DNA from: a virus
Lineage: Duplodnaviria; Caudoviricetes
Length of the DNA: 64,000 bases
Strand: one strand, 5' to 3'
IMG/VR virus record: IMGVR_UViG_2765235989_000002
Span: 1 to 64,000 of that record
Shown: one piece after another, positions 46,861 through 56,325 of the stretch
How positions within the stretch are numbered: the stretch's first letter is position 1
Layout of the letters: each line of letters starts with the position of its first letter
Position numbers and translations under genes: made by a program
Notes under the pieces: generated by a model
Databases searched by the model: none
Told to the model about the DNA's origin: nothing
Seen by the model: the letters and a program-made list of their open reading frames with translations, nothing else

Positions 46861-47637
46861 TTATGCGGCGGGGCGGTGGCCGCGGGCCTGCGCGATGGCG
46901 CGGCCGCGGTCTCCGGGCTTCCCTGTGGGGGCCTGCCGGACTGGCGGGCCGCCGGCCGGGGCTCCGCCGGGGGCCGGGGGAAGCTGAGGCGGCGCGGCCG
47001 GTGGTTTGATGCCGAACAGTTCGGGGCGGCGTTCCTTCAGCTGGGTTGCGGCGTCCGTGAGGGCCTGGTCGTCGGCGTCGTCGGGGACGCGGAGGAGGGT
47101 GACGGCGTCCTCGAGGTCGGTGCCGGTCGCGCCGAGGCCGACGAGGACGGCGCGGTGGGCCGCAGCGCGTTCCCGGGCCTCGGCGGCCTTCTCCCGTGCC
47201 GCAGCACGGGCTTCCCGGTCGGTGAGTTCCTTCTCCTTGCGTTCATGCTCCGACATGCGGGCCTGCTCGGCCTTCTTCTGCTCCTCGACGTAGGTGCGCA
47301 GGCCGTTGACGTCGTCGAAACCGAGGTCGGAGGCGAGCCGCTGGTTGCCGTTGCGGCGGCCGGAGTCCTTCTCGGCGGTCAGCTTCTGCTCAAGCCAGTT
47401 GCGGTGGACGACGACTTCACCGTCGGCGAGGCCGGGCAGGGCGGAGGAAGGGGCCGGCGGCTTCGGCTTGGGCGCGCTGTCGTCCAGCTTCGGGCCCGGG
47501 GCAGCGGCCGGGGTCGGTACCGGAGGTGTGGGGGCGCCGCCGTCGTTGTAGAACACGGCGAGCCTGGCGATGCCGGCGTAGGGGTGCGCCCAGGCCGTGG
47601 CCGGGGCGGTGTGGTGCTGCTGCGCGGGGCGACGCAT
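46861..47637 (-). CDS. Capsid scaffolding protein
   Basis: Coiled coil MSEHERKEKE..; LKERRPELF; position. Confidence 0.75.
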   Translation of the reverse strand: MRRPAQQHHTAPATAWAHPYAGIARLAVFYNDGGAPTPPVPTPAAAPGPKLDDSAPKPKPPAPSSALPGLADGEVVVHRNWLEQKLTAEKDSGRRNGNQRLASDLGFDDVNGLRTYVEEQKKAEQARMSEHERKEKELTDREARAAAREKAAEARERAAAHRAVLVGLGATGTDLEDAVTLLRVPDDADDQALTDAATQLKERRPELFGIKPPAAPPQLPPAPGGAPAGGPPVRQAPTGKPGDRGRAIAQARGHRPAA

Positions 47638-47665
47638 GAGGGCAGATCCTCCCAAGGAATATTCA

Positions 47666-47676
47666 GGCCCCGCGCC
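47666..47676 (-). promoter_or_regulatory. GGCGCGGGGCC late-gene leader motif (scaffold)
   Basis: Identical 11-mer precedes three late genes. Confidence 0.5.
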
Positions 47677-47702
47677 TGAGATCAAGGAAAGCACGGATCG
47701 GT

Positions 47703-49589
47703 TCACGGGTTGCCCCCGCTCCCCTCCGGCTGGCCGGCCGGGCCCTGCCCCTGGGGGTCTTGGGGCGGCTGTACACCGGGCTGGGGCGGCAGTTGGATCG
47801 GCGGTACGGGTGGTTGTTCGGGGGCTTTGCGGCCAAGGAAGTCGGCGACTTCGTCGGGGTTGCCGAGCGCGTCGGCCAGATCGCGTGCCTGCGCGAAGGC
47901 CCGGGACTGGATCTGTTCGATCTCCTTCTCCATGTCGTCGATGGGGAAGCCGGCCTCGGTCAGCATCCGCACCGCGGTCTCAAGGGAGAGGACACCCTTC
48001 TCGACGCCGGTCGTTACCTGCTGGAGGACAGCGTCCCGGTCGGTGGGCGTGTACGGGCCGTAGATGAGCTTGGCGGGCACGGGGGTGATGCCGGCCCAGT
48101 CGGGGTGCTGCCCGGCGAGGTGGAGTCGCTGTACGAACTTCAGCAGGAGGGTGTTCTTGTGGTCACGCGCGAGGCGCATGTCGTCCATGAGGGAGTCCAG
48201 CGGGCCGAGGCTGAGGGCGAGGGCGTAGCCGGAGGGCACCTTCGAGGGGTCCATGGTGCCGAGGGAGACGGCGGGGAGGCGTACGACGGTCGCGGCCCGC
48301 TCGGACAGGTCGTGGCGTTGGTGGCGTAGCTCTTGGAGTTGGGGGGCGGTGTTGAGGGTGTCCATGCGGCCGTTCTCGCCGAGGGTGAAGACCATGCCTG
48401 GGGCGACGGCGTGCTGGCCGCTGCCGGTGATGTTCTTCCCGGCGAGGCCGATGATCGGGGATCCGGTGGTGGCGGAGGCGCGGGCGCTGTCGGTGTCGGT
48501 GCCCTGGAGTTCGTCGAAGACCTGGAGGACCGCGGCGAGAGAGGACTGGCCCCAGTGCTCCTCGGCCGGGGGGACGGTGTTGGGGACGTGGATCACCGGG
48601 ATGAAGTCGATGAGGAGGTCCAGGTGGTCGAGGACTTCCCCGTCGGAGCGGGTCGCGAACGTTGCTTTCTCGAGCGGCAGGGAGTCGACGTCGGCAGGGG
48701 CCCGGATGTCGCCGAGTTCCCAGGTCGCGTCGGTGAGGTAGCACGCCCGGTAGGACGGCTTGTCGGACCACGGGTAGATGCGGCTGATGGCGCCGCTGTC
48801 GGGGTCGGCGACGTCCCCCTTACCGAGGCTGGGGACGGGCGGCTCGCCGTCGGCGGGCTCGGTCATGACGGGGGCTCGGACGGGCCGGCTGTTGCGGTCG
48901 ACGCCGGATGCGGTCGCGGGCCGGATCCAGTCGAGTTCGTAGGTGATGCGGCGCAGGCGGGCAGGGAGGTTCCGCTGCTTGTCCTCTGGCAGCTCCCACG
49001 CGAAGTGGATCCGCTGCGGGTACTCGCCGCCGTCGTCGTCTTCTCCGATGACGGGGAAGTAGAAGCCGGGGTCGGAGACCCGCAGGGTGACGCGTTCCTT
49101 CGCGGGGTCCCAGGCGAGCCGGTAGACGGCGTCGCCGAGGGAGACGGCTTTGCGTTCGGCCTGCTTCATCCGCATGGGCAGCAGTTCGGTCTCGGCCCAG
49201 TCCCGCAGAAGGTCCTGGACGCGTTCCGCCGCCGCCTGCCCCCCGTCGGCTTCGTCGCTGGCGGCGTGTTCGGCGCCGGGGACGGTGATGGTCTGCCCGC
49301 GGCCCATGACGTGAGCGACCAGGGTGTCGACGAACATGCTGGGGTCGCCGTACTCGCGCCGGTCCCGCTCGGTGCTGCCGCCGTGGATCTCGGCGAGTTC
49401 AGCGGCCTGGTTGGAGTCGTACGCGGTGAACAGCTTGTATGCGGCGAGGCGCCGTTCGTCGGCGGCTGGCACCCAGGAGGCGTACGCCTCGGGGAAGGCC
49501 CGCCGGTTGGGCATGCCGAGATGGTCGCTGTAGACCGGCTTGAAGTTGAGGCGCGACCAGGCGTCGATGAGCACGGTCTTGAGGCCCAC
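47703..49589 (-). CDS. Portal protein
   Basis: FIPVIHVPN..HWGQSSL..SGYAL..SLETAV; position after terminase. Confidence 0.85.
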   Translation of the reverse strand: MGLKTVLIDAWSRLNFKPVYSDHLGMPNRRAFPEAYASWVPAADERRLAAYKLFTAYDSNQAAELAEIHGGSTERDRREYGDPSMFVDTLVAHVMGRGQTITVPGAEHAASDEADGGQAAAERVQDLLRDWAETELLPMRMKQAERKAVSLGDAVYRLAWDPAKERVTLRVSDPGFYFPVIGEDDDGGEYPQRIHFAWELPEDKQRNLPARLRRITYELDWIRPATASGVDRNSRPVRAPVMTEPADGEPPVPSLGKGDVADPDSGAISRIYPWSDKPSYRACYLTDATWELGDIRAPADVDSLPLEKATFATRSDGEVLDHLDLLIDFIPVIHVPNTVPPAEEHWGQSSLAAVLQVFDELQGTDTDSARASATTGSPIIGLAGKNITGSGQHAVAPGMVFTLGENGRMDTLNTAPQLQELRHQRHDLSERAATVVRLPAVSLGTMDPSKVPSGYALALSLGPLDSLMDDMRLARDHKNTLLLKFVQRLHLAGQHPDWAGITPVPAKLIYGPYTPTDRDAVLQQVTTGVEKGVLSLETAVRMLTEAGFPIDDMEKEIEQIQSRAFAQARDLADALGNPDEVADFLGRKAPEQPPVPPIQLPPQPGVQPPQDPQGQGPAGQPEGSGGNP

Positions 49590-49609
49590 AAAGTTCCCTC
49601 CGTATAGCT

Positions 49610-49620
49610 GGCCCCGCGCC
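49610..49620 (-). promoter_or_regulatory. GGCGCGGGGCC late-gene leader motif (portal)
   Basis: Identical 11-mer about 20 nt before the start. Confidence 0.5.
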
Positions 49621-49903
49621 GCATCCAGCGTACGAGCGTTCCGAAGGTACGTTCCCCCGGCTCTCAACCGGCCGCGTCATTCACCCATTCGAGTTACAGG
49701 GCGAAGGGGTACCCCTCGAAAAGGCGCCCCATTGGAGGGCGTTGTGGGGATTCGCTCACGTACGCAAGGCATCGGGGGTCCGTAGTCGCATTCGGGAGGT
49801 CGTAGAATCTGGATTGGGCGTTCACACCACACGCTTCCTGATCGTCCCCCGGCCGCAATTGCCCGGGGGAACGCCTGCGGGTTGACCGGATCAGGAGGAT
49901 CAG

Positions 49904-49990
49904 GTGGAGAACGACCATCCGGACTGGGGCTTTTGGTGCTTCGTCATCGCCCTCTTCGAGTTGGTGCTCAAGGTGATGACGCCGCAGTAG
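49904..49990 (+). CDS. 28-aa hydrophobic peptide, candidate type I toxin (MENDHPDWGFWCFVIALFELVLKVMTPQ)
   Basis: AGGAGG RBS at 49893-49898; single TM-like stretch; own terminator; below the ORF track size cut-off. Confidence 0.6.
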   Translation: MENDHPDWGFWCFVIALFELVLKVMTPQ

Positions 49991-50012
49991 CCGCCAGTCC
50001 GGATCCGTGACG

Positions 50013-50050
50013 AGCCGCCTCCCAGCCAGGGAGGCGGCTTCGTTGTTTCT
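50013..50050 (+). terminator. Intrinsic terminator
   Basis: AGCCGCCTCCC-N5-GGGAGGCGGCT followed by a T-rich tail. Confidence 0.7.
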
Positions 50051-50212
50051 CCCTGAACCCCAGCGAACTTAACAGTGCGCCGGAACTATTCCAATGTACC
50101 TTCACGAACCGAGATTTTTAAATCTCGCCCAGTTGGTGAGAGTGATTCCCTTCTCGGCTTGCATCTCGTCTCAGATCACCGTCCAGGGGCCTTGCTGGGC
50201 CTGTCACGGTCT

Positions 50213-51850
50213 TCAGCGCCGTCCGCTGAGACGGTGGTCTGCATACTTTGCCGTCTGTACGGCAGCTGAAGCTGGATCTGCCAGTTCGGTGAGTCCGTGT
50301 ACGCAGGCGTCCATGCGGTCTGGGGAGTCCATGCCGGGGATCCAGGTGACAAGTTGTCCCTCAAGGCGCGGGAACTCGCCGACGTGGTGGACAAGGCCCT
50401 GGGCGTACAGCTGGGCGATTGGTTCGGCGCGCAGGCGTTTCCCCTGCTTGGCGTGCACTTCGATGATGGCTGGCATCAACATGCCAGCGGTCTCGCCCGC
50501 CTCGGTGAGCTCCTTCCAGGCTTGGCGGATGATCTGCTTGGCCATGTCGCCGCCGAAGTTCGACTCGACGACGATCGCGTCCGCGCGTAGCTCGATGGCG
50601 AGGCGGCAGGCCGCGTGTCCCCAGGTGTCTGCTCCCATCCGGTCGGAGCGGTCGGCGAGCACGTACAGCTGCCCTGTGTTGTCGCGCCCGCCGGCCCAGA
50701 GGCCGGTTTCGTCGTTGACGTCGTCATCCCCGCCCGCGGTGTCCACGGCGACGACGATGCGGGTGAGGTCGACGCCTCGGAACTGCATGGGGGTGAGCCG
50801 GTTGTCAGTGATCCACGGCCACTGCCATACGCCGCCCTCGAGCGGGCGAGGCTTCTGCTGGTAAAGGGACCACCAGACGCGTTCGCCGACCGCGCGCCGG
50901 ATCTTCTCGAGGGCCTTGCGTCCGTACCGGAGCGGCCAGAGGGGTTCTCCGACAGGACGGCCGAGGGCGTCGTCTTCACTGTCGGCGATGGCCGGCAGGT
51001 CGAGGATGGTCCAGTCGGAGGCGTCTTCGCCTTCGAGGATGCGGCCGGCGAGGTCTTGCTCGTGCCAGCGTGTCTGGATGACCAGGATGCTGCCGCCGGG
51101 CTCGATGCGAGTGTTGAGGACGGACGTCCACCAGTCCCAGAGGCGGCGGCGCATGGTGGGCGATTCGGCGTCGGCGGCGTCCTTGATGGGGTCGTCGACG
51201 ATCGCGAGGTGCGCGCCCTTGCCGGTGAGTCCTCCGCCGACGCCGGCGGTGACGAGGCCGCCGTCGAGCCGGTTACCGGTGTCGGGGTCGGCGAGGTCGA
51301 ATCGGTTGGCGGCTTTGGATCCGGCGTGGAGGGCGAGGCCGAGCTGGGGTCCGTAGGTGTTGATGGCGTCGCGGATCCACCGGCCGTGGTCGTCGGCGAG
51401 GTCGGCTGAGTAGGAGGCGATCATCACCCGGTGGTCGGGGTGCCGCGACAGGTACCACAGGGGTGCCCAGCGCGCGGCGCGGCGGGACTTTCCGTGCCGT
51501 GGGGGCATGGTGATGAGGACTTTGCGGGGGCGGCCGGCGGCGATGTCGCGGAACACCTGGTCGATGAGGTCCAGGTGCCGGGCTTGTTTCTCCTTGCCGT
51601 CGGTGAGGATCGCGGACATGGAGCCCGGGGATCGCTTGAGGGCCATGTCCCGTTCGACGCCAGCGAGAATGGTCCGTATCTCGGGGCTGGCTGCGATTGC
51701 GATACGGCGTCGCTGGGCCCGGTTCAGACGCCGGTACTGGGCGACCAGCTTGAGGAACTCCTCTGCCTCGGCGGCGATGTCGACGTCGGGCTGTTGTCCC
51801 GCGTCTTGGGCCAGGGGCGGGTCAGGCGTCTTCATCGGTGGTGTCGCCAT
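50213..51850 (-). CDS. terL: Terminase large subunit
   Basis: MPPRHGKS Walker A, AIVDDPIKD Walker B, VAVD and DRMDA nuclease motifs. Confidence 0.93.
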   Translation of the reverse strand: MATPPMKTPDPPLAQDAGQQPDVDIAAEAEEFLKLVAQYRRLNRAQRRRIAIAASPEIRTILAGVERDMALKRSPGSMSAILTDGKEKQARHLDLIDQVFRDIAAGRPRKVLITMPPRHGKSRRAARWAPLWYLSRHPDHRVMIASYSADLADDHGRWIRDAINTYGPQLGLALHAGSKAANRFDLADPDTGNRLDGGLVTAGVGGGLTGKGAHLAIVDDPIKDAADAESPTMRRRLWDWWTSVLNTRIEPGGSILVIQTRWHEQDLAGRILEGEDASDWTILDLPAIADSEDDALGRPVGEPLWPLRYGRKALEKIRRAVGERVWWSLYQQKPRPLEGGVWQWPWITDNRLTPMQFRGVDLTRIVVAVDTAGGDDDVNDETGLWAGGRDNTGQLYVLADRSDRMGADTWGHAACRLAIELRADAIVVESNFGGDMAKQIIRQAWKELTEAGETAGMLMPAIIEVHAKQGKRLRAEPIAQLYAQGLVHHVGEFPRLEGQLVTWIPGMDSPDRMDACVHGLTELADPASAAVQTAKYADHRLSGRR

Positions 51851-52334
51851 CATCAGCGTCGTGCGGGTCCTCGGGGATGTCGTCGTCCTCAAGGTCGGGT
51901 TCACCCGCGGTGCGGATGAGGTCGCGCAGTTCGGCAATCGCGACCGGGCCGACCGGGACCGCTCCTCCGTCGGGCCCGGACAGCTCGGTCTTGGCGGGCA
52001 TGTCGAGTCCGTTCAGCTTTGCCTGCCGGTCCATGAGCTTGAGGACGAGCTCGGCGGCCTTGGTGTCGCCGCCAGCGGTAGCGTTCTCCCAGTGGGCTTC
52101 GAGGAGTGCTTCGAGGCGTTCGTTCGCTTCCTGCCGGTACACGCTGGCTTCGGCGGCCTGCTCGTCGCGGCGTTCCTCAATGGCGCGGATGAAGTCCTTG
52201 GTGGCGGCGCCGCGGCTGGTGTAGCCGAGGGCGAGGATGCGGGGGTCTTCGAACCGGACGCCGGCGCGGCGTAGGCGGATGAGTTCTGCGCGGCGGGCGG
52301 CGACTTCGGCTTGCTCGGCTTTGGAGGCTGGCAT
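51822..52334 (-). CDS. terS: Terminase small subunit
   Basis: HTH, ..RQAKLNGLD..KTELSGPDGGAV; upstream of terL. Confidence 0.8.
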   Translation of the reverse strand: MPASKAEQAEVAARRAELIRLRRAGVRFEDPRILALGYTSRGAATKDFIRAIEERRDEQAAEASVYRQEANERLEALLEAHWENATAGGDTKAAELVLKLMDRQAKLNGLDMPAKTELSGPDGGAVPVGPVAIAELRDLIRTAGEPDLEDDDIPEDPHDADDGDTTDEDA

Positions 52335-52363
52335 GGCGGTGGGGGCTCCCGCTCAATAGGTGT

Positions 52364-52374
52364 GGCCCCGCGCC
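52364..52374 (-). promoter_or_regulatory. GGCGCGGGGCC late-gene leader motif (terS)
   Basis: Identical 11-mer about 30 nt before the start. Confidence 0.5.
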
Positions 52375-52444
52375 TGTAACCGATGATCCCTGATGCTGGC
52401 GGGATTCTTCCCCCGGCGGTGGGCGGGCTGTCACGATGCGCGGC

Positions 52445-53137
52445 ATGAGACGTGTGAGTGGGGTGGGGGCTGTCGTGGTGGCGGCGGTGTTGTTGGTGTC
52501 GGGGTGCGGGGGCTCGAGCGGGGGTTCGGAGGGCTCGGGGCCGGGCGGAGAGACGAGTTCGCCGGCGGCGGTGCCGGAGTCGTCGGGGCCGGGGGTTGAG
52601 GAGTCGGAGGAGTCGTTCCCGGCGACGCCGGAGGGGGATGTGGACCGTCTGGCGTCCGAGAAGGGCTGGGTGGTGGACGACCTGTATCCGGCAGCGTCGG
52701 ACTTCGTGGCGGATATATGCGCGTCGCTGCCGGAGAGCGCGGCGGACAGCTCGTCGCGGCCTCAGTGGCTGGCGGAGAGCGGCGTGTTGGAGGGCGACGG
52801 GAAGGCGGTTCTGCTGGCGGGGATCCCGAAGCTGTGCCCGAAGTGGGAGGCGACGCTGAAGGAGGCGGTGTCGGGTGACTACGAGCGGTGGGTGTCGTCT
52901 GGGGAGTACGAGGTGAAAGCGGGCCCGGCGGATGCGGGGGCGGATGTGCTGGTGATGCCGGCGGGCACGTACCGGACGGTGGGCGCGCTCGCGGACTGCT
53001 ACTGGGAGCGGACGTCCGAGGACGGGCAGATCATCGACAATCAGTTCGCGACGCAGGCTCGCCGGATCACGGTGACGGTGCAAACGGGAGAACTGTTCAA
53101 GTCGGAGCAGTGCGGGACGTGGAAGCCGGTGAAGTAG
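52445..53137 (+). CDS. Lipoprotein
   Basis: Signal peptide with lipobox VSGC; GTYRT..CYWER...FKSEQCGTW domain. Confidence 0.8.
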   Translation: MRRVSGVGAVVVAAVLLVSGCGGSSGGSEGSGPGGETSSPAAVPESSGPGVEESEESFPATPEGDVDRLASEKGWVVDDLYPAASDFVADICASLPESAADSSSRPQWLAESGVLEGDGKAVLLAGIPKLCPKWEATLKEAVSGDYERWVSSGEYEVKAGPADAGADVLVMPAGTYRTVGALADCYWERTSEDGQIIDNQFATQARRITVTVQTGELFKSEQCGTWKPVK

Positions 53138-53501
53138 CCGCGGACCCGGTGGTGGCCGGGCCACTGATGCTGGGGTGCTCGGCAGTAGCGCACCTCTGGC
53201 ACTTTTGACGCGGCCTGCCGGTGGGAGGCCGGTTTCCCGTGCGGCGGGAAGCCAAGGGCACGGGTGCTGGTTCTTCAGACGGGTCGGCCCCGCCAGTTCG
53301 GGGGAGGCTGGCGGGGCCGGGGGAACCCTGTACGGCCGGGGGTGCCGTGCTGGGGCTCAAGGGTGTTGGTCTTGTTGCACGGCCCGGGTTCTTTCTGGCG
53401 CGGGGACGCAGGAAGAACACAGATGAGTATCCGTCCCGGGCCGTGCTCTTCCATGGTGGTACAGGTTCGGGCGTTTGTCCGGGCTGCTCTCCCCCGGGGT
53501 G

Positions 53502-55841
53502 TTACTCGTCGGGTGTTGGTGCCGGGCCCAGGCCGTACGTACCGCGGGTACCGTCCTGCGGCCGGTGGATTTTCTGCTCCTTGACGAGGCGGGCGAGGGT
53601 GTTGGACAGCGTCGTCTCCTTCATCCCGGTCTGCTGAAGCAGCGTGGTCTTGTCCATGTACTGGATCTCGTAGTCGTCCGGCTCCAGGTCGGCGCCGGCG
53701 AGCGCCTCGAGGTGCATGGGGTCGGAGTTCTCCCGGAGAGCCTGGATGACTTTGTCTTCCGCGCTGGGTTCCTTCTTCGGCAGGTCGACGCCGTTGACGT
53801 ACTTCGGTGCGGAAGAGTCGTCCTGGTCGCTTCCGCTGCCGCCTTCTTCGAAGCCGCGGACCGGGGTGTTGGCGATCTCTTCCAGGGTGGCGTCGTCCCA
53901 GCCGGGGAAGTCCTCGGGGACGGCGACCTGGTCGGGCCGGATGTGCGGGGTGGCGTCCTCGAGGGTGAAGGTGCGGCCCATGCCGGGGCGTCCGCCGGGG
54001 GCGCCCATGAATCCGAGGCCGAAGGTGCGGCGCGGGTCGTCCTCGGGGAGGGTCGGGTCGTAGATCAGAGAGTCGTCCTCGGACTTCCATACGGCGGGGA
54101 TTTTGGCGGGGTCGATGCCTTCGAAGCCGTCGGGGAGGTCGGCGAGGTTGGTCTGGCCGGAGTCGGTGCGCAGGATCAGCCAGGCTCCGCCGTTGATCAG
54201 GTTGGCGCGGATGGCTTGTTCGCCGCCGATCTGGTCCAGGTTCACGGTCTGGTTGATCAGGGTCCACGGCATGCCCAGGGAGCGGCCGAGGCTGGCGCCG
54301 GCCTTGACGATGTGTACGGCTTCCTTGCGGTTGGGCACGTTGGGGCCGAGTACTTGGGCGGCCTCGTCGAGGGCGGTGGCGCACCAGGGTCGCATTTTGG
54401 AGGGCTGGAAGTTCTTCAGTTCCAGTCGGGCGGCTTCCTCCTTGCGGTGCATGAGGATCGCGTAGGAGATCCGCAGGGCGCCGAGGGCGCCGTATGTCTG
54501 GAGGCCGGAGTAGGCGGCCATCTTGGGGATCGCGGGGTTGGAGGCGCCCTTGGGGTCGGCGTAGAGGATGGCCGCGTCGTTGGCGTGGTAGCCCAGGCAG
54601 ACGAGTTGGGCGGCGCCGCCCTTTCCGGATCCGGTTGTGCCGGCGATGACGAGGTGGAGGGCGCCGAGGACGGGGTCGAACATGGGGAACATCCAGGGGT
54701 GCCCGGAGATGACCTTGCCGAAGGGGACGCGGCCGCCCTTGGTGGCCTTGAGGGCGTCCAGGCCGGGGAAGTCGAATCCCTTCTCCAGGGGGTTTTCCTT
54801 CATCGTGCGGATGATGGCCTTGCGGGGGTTGGTGGCGATCGGCTCGTAGGAGATCAGCAGGGGTGAGGTGCGCATGGCGCCGGCGAGTTCGTTCCGGTCG
54901 GGGGCCTTGAGGATGTCGAGGTCTTCGTCGGCGACGACGTATGCGGCCTGGCCGCCGGTGTTCGGGTCGTCGGTGACGTCCTCCAGGTGGGTCTTCGCCA
55001 TCAGGCCGCCGGGGCGGGCTACGTACTTCATCCAGGCGCCCTCCAGGGTGGAGGGGTTCAGCTTCGCGGGGGCTTTCATGCTGACCTCGATGCGGGCCTC
55101 TCCCGCATGGTCGCCGGGGGTGATGTCGACCCATCCGGGACGGACCTTGTAGACGGAGGAGACGGTCTCCTTGGAGACGGAGACGCCGCTTCCTGCCGGG
55201 GCCAGGATGGTGCCGGTCCAGCGGAGGATGGTGCCGGTCGCGGGGTCGGTGTACGCGAGGACGTTCGCGAGGACCTGGTGTTTGTGGGCTCCGGTGGTCG
55301 GGTTGGAGATGTGCGTTCCCCATGCCATGACGATGCCGTCGGCGATGCTTGCGGGCTTGCCGGCCGTGCTGGCTGCGTGGGGGTGGGTGGTGCGGCGGGT
55401 CTGGGTCTTGCGGGCCAGGACCTTGCGTAGCTTCCAGGGGACGAGGGCGACGGCGGCCCACCAGCCGAGGGAGACGATGCCGGGGATGGATGCCGGGTTG
55501 AGGATGCCGGCCATGAGGGCGTCCGTGCCGTCGAGGCCCCTGAGTGTGCCGAGGCCGAGGGACATGCCGGTGGTGAGGGTGGAGATGAACATCGGGGAGC
55601 GGTGGGCGCGGACGATGTCCCCGGCCGGGAGGTTGTCGGTGAGTTCGGGCGGGAGGCGGTTCATGTAGTTCGCGGCCATGAAGCCGGCGGCTCCGCCGTA
55701 GGCGATGGCTGCGGTGAACGCGGCGCCGCCGTCGAGGAGCGGGGCGAGGATGCCGGTGGCGATGGGGGCGGCGGAGGTGACGAAGGCAATGCCGCGTTCG
55801 GTGCTTGCGGCGCGGGGGCTGGTGGTCGTGGGCGTGGTCAT
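53502..55841 (-). CDS. traB: TraB-type FtsK/SpoIIIE conjugative DNA translocase
   Basis: N-terminal TM helices, GTTGSGKG Walker A, DPKG, LDEA Walker B, C-terminal winged helix. Confidence 0.85.
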   Translation of the reverse strand: MTTPTTTSPRAASTERGIAFVTSAAPIATGILAPLLDGGAAFTAAIAYGGAAGFMAANYMNRLPPELTDNLPAGDIVRAHRSPMFISTLTTGMSLGLGTLRGLDGTDALMAGILNPASIPGIVSLGWWAAVALVPWKLRKVLARKTQTRRTTHPHAASTAGKPASIADGIVMAWGTHISNPTTGAHKHQVLANVLAYTDPATGTILRWTGTILAPAGSGVSVSKETVSSVYKVRPGWVDITPGDHAGEARIEVSMKAPAKLNPSTLEGAWMKYVARPGGLMAKTHLEDVTDDPNTGGQAAYVVADEDLDILKAPDRNELAGAMRTSPLLISYEPIATNPRKAIIRTMKENPLEKGFDFPGLDALKATKGGRVPFGKVISGHPWMFPMFDPVLGALHLVIAGTTGSGKGGAAQLVCLGYHANDAAILYADPKGASNPAIPKMAAYSGLQTYGALGALRISYAILMHRKEEAARLELKNFQPSKMRPWCATALDEAAQVLGPNVPNRKEAVHIVKAGASLGRSLGMPWTLINQTVNLDQIGGEQAIRANLINGGAWLILRTDSGQTNLADLPDGFEGIDPAKIPAVWKSEDDSLIYDPTLPEDDPRRTFGLGFMGAPGGRPGMGRTFTLEDATPHIRPDQVAVPEDFPGWDDATLEEIANTPVRGFEEGGSGSDQDDSSAPKYVNGVDLPKKEPSAEDKVIQALRENSDPMHLEALAGADLEPDDYEIQYMDKTTLLQQTGMKETTLSNTLARLVKEQKIHRPQDGTRGTYGLGPAPTPDE

Positions 55842-55881
55842 GGGGATACTCCTGGGTGGGTTGTATGGCCTGCGGATATGG

Positions 55882-55911
55882 GGCGGGGCCGGGGTGCGTC
55901 CCGGCCCCGCC
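55882..55911. terminator. Hairpin upstream of traB
   Basis: GGCGGGGCCGGG...CCCGGCCCCGCC. Confidence 0.45.
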
Positions 55912-55921
55912 CTGCCGGGGG

Positions 55922-56305
55922 CTATGCCTGCTCGAACCAGTCGCGGGAGACGTTCTCCAGGCCGTCGACGCTGGACCGGTCGAAGGCTTCCTGGAAGCCG
56001 CCGTGGGTGGACCTGGCCTGGTCGCCCGCTGCTGTGGCCTGCTTGGCGGTGTCCTGGGCCTTGGCGGCGTAGGTCAGGATCCCGTCGGACAACCCCTTGA
56101 TGACCTTGGACAGTTCGTGGGAGTCGGCCACCGAGTCCCTGTCGACGGACTTCGCGGCCATCTGATCGGACTCCCTGCTGGTCTCTGTGGCCTCTGCGTC
56201 GATGACTTTCGCTGCCGCCTTGACGTCGTCGGCGTTCCGGGAGACCTTCCTCTCCAGCTTGGCCACCTTCGCTTGGAGGGCCTTGTACGTCAGGTCGCTG
56301 CTCAT
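55922..56305 (-). CDS. Helical-hairpin transfer-region protein
   Basis: AGGA RBS; all-helical 127 aa. Confidence 0.7.
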   Translation of the reverse strand: MSSDLTYKALQAKVAKLERKVSRNADDVKAAAKVIDAEATETSRESDQMAAKSVDRDSVADSHELSKVIKGLSDGILTYAAKAQDTAKQATAAGDQARSTHGGFQEAFDRSSVDGLENVSRDWFEQA

Positions 56306-56325
56306 GGTGATCGGGTTCCTTCGGG

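Noticed and set aside
49694-49918. 74-aa minus-strand ORF
   Set aside because: No RBS or coding signature; the + strand peptide has an RBS and terminator
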